This document shows positions 59,401 to 64,000 of a stretch of DNA of 64,000 bases, one piece after another. A model generated the notes under the pieces. The model was not told the origin of the DNA, did not search any database, and saw nothing but the letters and a program-made list of their open reading frames with translations. The position numbers and the translations under genes are program-made. Each line of letters begins with the position of its first letter. Positions within the stretch are counted from its first letter, which is position 1. Source of the DNA: Eledone cirrhosa (taxonomy: Eukaryota); contig OZ024743.1 of assembly GCA_964016885.1 (NCBI GenBank), positions 138,942,001 to 139,006,000 of the forward strand, in the 5' to 3' direction.

Positions 59401-61890
59401 GTGTTTGGTACTTGGTGCTTGGTGCTTGGTGTTAAGTGTTTGGTGCTTGGTGCTTGGTGTTTGGTGCTTCGTGCTTGGTGCTTGGTGTTTGGTGCATGGT
59501 GCTTGGTGTTTGGGGCTTGGTGCCTGGTGCTTTGTGTTTGGTGCTAGGTGCTTGGTGCTTGGTCTTTGGTGTTTGGTGCTTAGTACTTGGTGCTTGGTGT
59601 TTGGTGCTTGGTGCTTGGTGCTTGGTTATTAGTGTTTGGTGTTTGGTGCTTGGCGCTTGGTGTTTGGTGCTTGGTGCTTGGTGCTTGGTGTTTGGTGTTT
59701 GGTGCTTGCTGCTTGGTGCTTGGTGTTTGGTGCTTGGTGCTTGGTGCTTGGTGTTTGGTGCTTGGTGCTTGCTGTTTGGTGTTTGGTGTTTGGTGCTTGG
59801 TGCTTGGTGTTTGGTGTTTGGTGTTTGGTTTTTGGTGTTTGGTGCTTGGTGCTTGGTGTTTGGTGCTTGGTGTTTGGTGCTTGGTGTATGTACTTGGTGC
59901 TTGGTGCTTGGTGTTTGGTGCTTGGTTCTTGGTGTTTGGTGCTTGGTGCTTGGTGCTTGGTGTTTGGTGCTTGGTTCTTGGTGTTTGGTACTTGGTGCTT
60001 GGTGTTTGGTGTTTGGTGCTTGGTGTTTGGTGCTTGGTGCTTGGTGCTTGGTGTTAAGTGTTTGGTGCTTGGTGCTTCGTGTTTGGTGCTTCGTGCTTGG
60101 TGCTTGGTGTTTGGTGCATGGTGCTTGATGTTTGGGGCTTGGTGCCTGGTGCTTGGTGTTTGGTGCTTGGTCTTTGGTGGTTGGTGTTTGGTGTTTGGTG
60201 CTTGGTGCTTGGTGTTTGGTGCTTGGTGTTTGGTGCTTGGTGTTCGGTGCTTGGTGCTTGGTGCTTGGTACTTGGTGTTAGGTTTTTGGTGCTTGGGGCT
60301 TGGTGTTTGGTGTTTGGTGCTTGGTGCTTGGTGTTTGGTGTTTGGTGCTTGGTGTTTGGTGTTTGGTGCTTTGTGCTTGGTGTTTGGTGCTGGGTGTATG
60401 GTGTTTGGTGCTTGGTGCTTGGTGCTTGGTGTTTGGTGTTTGGTGCTTGGTACTTGGTGTTTGGTGTTTGATGCTTGGTGTTTGATGCTTGTTGCTTGGT
60501 GCTTGGTGTTTTGTGTTTGGTGTTTGGTGCTTGATGTATGTACTTGGTGCTTGGTGCTTGGTGTTTGGTGCTTGGTTCTTGGTGTTTGGTGCTTGGTGCT
60601 TGGTGCTTGGTGTTTGGTGCTTGGTGCTTGGTGTTTGGTGCTTGGTGTTTGGTGTTTGGTGCTTGGTGTTTGGTACTTGGTGCTTGGTGCTTGGTGTTAA
60701 GTGTTTGGTGCTTGGTGCTTGGTGTTTGGTGCTTCGTGCTTGGTGCTTGGTGTTTGGTGCATGGTGCTTGGTGTTTGGGGCTTGGTGCCTGGGGCTTTGT
60801 GTTTGGTGCTAGGTGCTTGGTGCTTGGTCTTTGGTGTTTGGTGCTTGGTGCTTGGTGCTTGGTGTTTGGTGCTTGGTGCTTGGTGCTTGGTTATTAGTGT
60901 TTGGTGCTTGATGCTTGGGGTTTGGTGTTTGGTGCTTGGTGCTTGGTGTTTGGTGTTTGCTGTATGGTGTTTGCTGTTTCGTGGTTGGTGTTTGCTGTTT
61001 GGTGCTTGGTGCTTGGTGCTTGGTGGTTGGTGTTTGGTGCTTGGTGCTTGGTGCTTGGTGTTTGGCGTTTGCTCTTTGCTGTTTGGTGTTTGGTGCTTGC
61101 TGTTTGGTGTTTGGTGTTTGGTGTTTGGTGTTTGGTGCTTGCTGTTTAGTGCTTGGTGCTTGGTGTTTGGTGTTTGGTGTTTGGTGCTTGGTGCTTGGTG
61201 TTTGGTGGTTGGTGCTTGGTGCTGGGTGTTTGGTGCTAGGTGCTTGGTGTTTGGTGCTTGGTGCTTGGTGCTTGGTGCTTGGTCTTTGGTGCTTGGTGTT
61301 TGGTGCTTGGTGCTTGGTGCTTGGTGTTTGGTGCTTGGGGCTTGGTGTTTGGTGCTTGGTGATTGCTGCTTGGTGTTTGGTGTTTGGTGCTTGGTGCTTG
61401 GTGCTTGGTGATTAGTGTTTGGTGCTTGGTGCTTGGTGCCTTGTGCTTGGTGCTTGGTGCTTGTTGTTTGGTGCTTGGTGCTTGGTGATTAGTGTTTGGT
61501 GCTTGGTGCTTGGTGCCTGGTGCTTGGTGCTTGTTGTTTGGTGCTTGGTGCTTGGTGATTAGTGTTTGGTGCTTGGTGCTTGGGGCTTGGTGTTTGGTGC
61601 TTGGTGCTTGGTGCTTGCTGTTTGGTGGTTGCTGTTTGGTGCTTGGTGTTTGGTGCTTGGTGCTTGGTGCTTGGTTTTTGGTGCTTGGTGCTTGGTGCTT
61701 GGTGTTTGGTGCTTGGTGCTTGGTGCTTGTTGTTTGGTGCTTGGTGCTTGGTCTTTGCTGCTTGGTGTTTGGTGTTTGGTGCTTGGTGCTTGGTGTTTGG
61801 TGCTTGGTGCCTGGTGCTTGGTGTTTGGTGCTTGGTGCTTGGTGTTTGCTGATTGGTGCTTGGTGCTTGGTGCTTGGTGCTTAGTGCTTG
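56430..61890. repeat. 2734-bp tandem duplication (~56430-59160 / ~59165-61890)
   Basis: Offset 2734 for ORFs 56476/59210, 56702/59436, 57324/60058 and 57967/60701, and for the GCTCTTTGC landmark at 58337/61071. The offset becomes 2727 near the end, a one-monomer difference. Confidence 0.9.
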
Positions 61891-64000
61891 GTGTTTGGTG
61901 TTTGGTGCTTGGTGTTTGGTGTTTGGTGTTTGATGCTTGGTTTTTGCTGCTTGGTGCTTGGTGCTTGGTGCTTGGTGTTCTGTGTTTGGTGCTTGGTGCT
62001 TGGTGCCTGGTGCTTGGTGCTTGGTGCTTGTTGTTTGGTGCTTGGTGCTTGGTGATTAGTCTTTGGTGCTTGGTGCTTGGTGTTTGGTGTTTGGTGATTG
62101 GTGCTTGGTGTTTGGTGTTTGGTGCTTGGTGTTTGGTGCTTGGTGCTTGGTGCTTGGTGTTTGGTGCTGGGTGTATGGTGTTTGGTGCTTGGTGTCTAGT
62201 GTTTGGGTTTTGGTGTTTGGTGCTTGGTGCTTAGTGTTTGGTGTTTGGTGATTGGTGCTTGGTGTTTGGTGTTTGGTGCTTGGTGTTTGGTGCTTGGTGC
62301 TTTGAGCTTGGTGTTTGGTGCTGGGTGTATGGTGTTTGGTGCTTGGTGCTTGGTGCTTGGTGTTTGGTGTTTGGTGCTTGGTACTTGGTGTTTGGTGTTT
62401 GATGCTTGGTGTTTGATGCTTGTTGCTTGGTGCTTGGTGTTTTGTGTTTGGTGTTTGGTGCTTGGTGTATGTACTTGGTGCTTGGTGCTTGGTGTTTGGT
62501 GCTTGGTTCTTGGTGTTTGGTGCTTGGTGCTTGGTCTTTGGTGCTTGATGTTTGGTGTTTGGTGCTTGGTGTTTGGTACTTGGTGCTTGGTGCTTGGTGT
62601 TTGGTGCTTGGTTCTTGGTTTTTGGTGCTTGGTGCTTGGTGCTTGGTGTTTGGTGCTTGGTACTTGGTGTTTGGTGCTTGGTGTTTGGTGTTTGGTGCTT
62701 GGTGTTTGGTACTTGGTGCTTGGTGCTTGGTGTTAAGTGTTTGGTGCTTGGTGTTTGGTGCTTCGTGCTTGGTGCTTGGTGTTTGGTGCATGGTGCTTGG
62801 TGTTTGGGGCTTGGTGCCTGGTGCTTTCTGTTTGGTGCTAGGTGCTTGGTGCTTGGTCTTTGGTGTTTGGTGCTTGGTGCTTGGTGCTTGGTGTTTGGTG
62901 CTTGGTGCTTGGTGCTTGGTAATTAGTGTTTGGTGCTTGGTGCTTGGGGTTTGGTGTTTGGTGCTTGGTGCTTGGTGTTTGGTGCTTGGTGCTTGGTGCT
63001 TGGTAATTAGTGTTTGGTGCTTGGTGTTTGGTGTTTGCTGTATGGTGTTTGCTGTTTCGTGTTTGGTGTTTGGTGTTTGGTGTTTAATGCTTGGTGCTTG
63101 GTGTTTGGTGTTTGGTGTTTGGTGCTTGGTGCTTGGTGTTTGGTGCTTGGTGCTTGGTGCTGGGTGTTTGGTGCTTGGTGCTTGGTGTTTGGTGCTTGGT
63201 GCTTGATGCTTGGTGCTTGGTGTTTGGTCCTTGGTGCTTGGTGCTTGGTCTTTGGTGCTTGGGGTTTGGTGTTTGGTGCTTGGTGCTTGGTGTTTGGTGC
63301 TTGGTGCTTGGTGCTTGGTGCTTGGTGTTTGGTGCTTGCTGCTTGGTGCTTGGTGTTTGGTGCTTGGTGCTTGGTGATTAGTGTTTGGTGCATGGTGCTT
63401 GGTGTTTGTTGTTTGGTGCTTGGTGCTTGGTGTTTGGTGCTTGGTGCTTGCTGTTTGGTGTTTGGTGTTTGGTGCTTGGTGCTTGGTGTTTGGTGTTTGG
63501 TGTTTGGTGCTTGGTGCTTGGTGTTTGGTACTTGGTGCTTGGTGCTTGGTGTTAAGTGTTTGGTGCTTGGTGCTTGGTGTTTGGTGCTTCGTGCTTGGTG
63601 CTTGGTGTTTGGTGCATGGTGCTTGGTGTTTGGGGCTTGGTGCCTGGGGCTTTGTGTTTGGTGCTAGGTGCTTGGTGCTTGGTGTTTGGTGTTTGGTGCT
63701 TGGTGCTCGGTGCTTGGTGTTTGGTGCTTGATGCTTGGTGCTTGGTTATTAGTGTTTGGTGCTTGGTGCTTGGGGTTTGGTGTTTGGTGCTTGGTGCTTG
63801 GTGTTTGGTGTTTGCTGTATGGTGTTTGCTGTTTCGTGTTTGGTGTTTGCTGTTTGGTGTTTAATGCTTGGTGCTTGGTGCTTGGTGTTTGGTGCTTGGT
63901 GCTTGGTGCTTGGTGTTTGGCGTTTGCTCTTTGCTGTTTGGTGTTTGGTGCTTGCTGTTTGGTGTTTGGTGTTTGGTGTTTGGTGTTTGGTGCTTGCTGT

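Larger units (their letters stand above)
1..64000. repeat. Heptameric satellite DNA array (TTGGTGY)n, ~9,100 monomers, continuing beyond both window edges
   Basis: Every line consists of TTGGTGC and TTGGTGT units plus variants with one or two substitutions. The first full unit starts at 3 and the last (TTGCTGT) ends at 64000. The + strand is G/T-rich and nearly A-free throughout. No unique insert or strand switch was seen. Confidence 0.99.
37300..64000. repeat. Right satellite sub-family domain (HOR ~4.8 kb with expanded and contracted copies)
   Basis: Variants seen only on this side: TGGGTGT-ATGGTGT (first ~37339), TTGGTTA-TTAGTGT (first ~37794), TTAATGC, TTGCTCT, TTAGTCT, CTAGTGT, TTTGAGC, and TAAGTGT followed by TTGGTGC. 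The GCTCTTTGC landmark is at 37976, 45541, 53498, 58337, 61071 and 63926. Confidence 0.85.

Noticed and set aside
17-63864. Hundreds of + strand ORFs encoding (WCLVLGA/WCLVFGV)n hydrophobic peptides
   Set aside because: A 7-bp unit gives the same 7-aa repeat in all three frames and the consensus has no stop codon. ORFs overlap in every frame, mostly start at TTG-type codons, and end at random variant monomers. There is no frame preference or unique domain.
1-64000. CRISPR array or other repeat-spacer system
   Set aside because: No unique spacers, no 23-50-bp repeat alternating with variable sequence, and no cas or other genes.
1-64000. Active telomerase-synthesised telomere tract
   Set aside because: Variant monomers are inherited in kb-scale blocks, which indicates DNA-templated duplication. 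No canonical TTAGGG/TTTAGGG run was seen. A telomere-derived origin is retained only as a hypothesis.
1-64000. Bacterial heptamer repeats (cyanobacterial STRR-type or contingency loci)
   Set aside because: Those are short tracts embedded among genes. A gene-free array of at least 64 kb with HORs does not fit a prokaryotic genome.
1-64000. Assignment to the Drosophila virilis-group heptamer satellites (AAACTAC, AAACTAT, AAATTAC, AAACAAC)
   Set aside because: The reverse-strand monomers here are AAACACC/AAGCACC, which are not those sequences. One or two mismatches in a 7-mer is not evidence of homology, so the organism is left unassigned.
1-64000. Pure sequencing or basecalling artefact, or synthetic low-complexity sequence
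   Set aside because: Rare variants recur in collinear order at constant offsets with graded divergence and an exact 7-bp register, which random error would not generate. Individual near-identical duplications could still be mis-assembled.
1-64000. Transposon insertions, inverted segments, hairpins, tRNA/rRNA genes, promoters or terminators
   Set aside because: No A/C-rich reverse-oriented stretch and no non-satellite sequence was seen, so there is no support for any of these.

Overview
The whole 64-kb window lies inside one uninterrupted, single-orientation satellite array of a 7-bp monomer, TTGGTG[C/T] (reverse strand AAGCACC/AAACACC), about 9,100 units. I see no unique sequence, gene, RNA gene, transposon, CRISPR spacer or inversion. 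All ORFs in the supplied track are by-products of a stop-free 7-mer. The array is not a plain microsatellite. Rare variant monomers (e.g. ATGTAC, TAAGTGT, TTGATCC, TGAGTGC, TTGACGC, TTAATGC, TTGCTCT) recur in fixed orders and reveal nested higher-order repeats (HORs): 7 bp -> ~1.2-1.4-kb modules marked by a 6-bp ATGTAC unit (47 copies counted) -> ~5.3-5.4-kb (left) and ~4.8-kb (right) HORs -> recent tandem duplications of 1.4-8.5 kb. Two sub-family domains with different diagnostic variants meet at ~37.3 kb. The 7-bp register is kept across the window, and every net phase shift I checked is explained by a few inherited 1-bp indels. This is most consistent with eukaryotic centromeric/pericentromeric or subtelomeric heterochromatin. 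Organism and function cannot be established from the sequence. Duplication boundaries were read by eye and are approximate.
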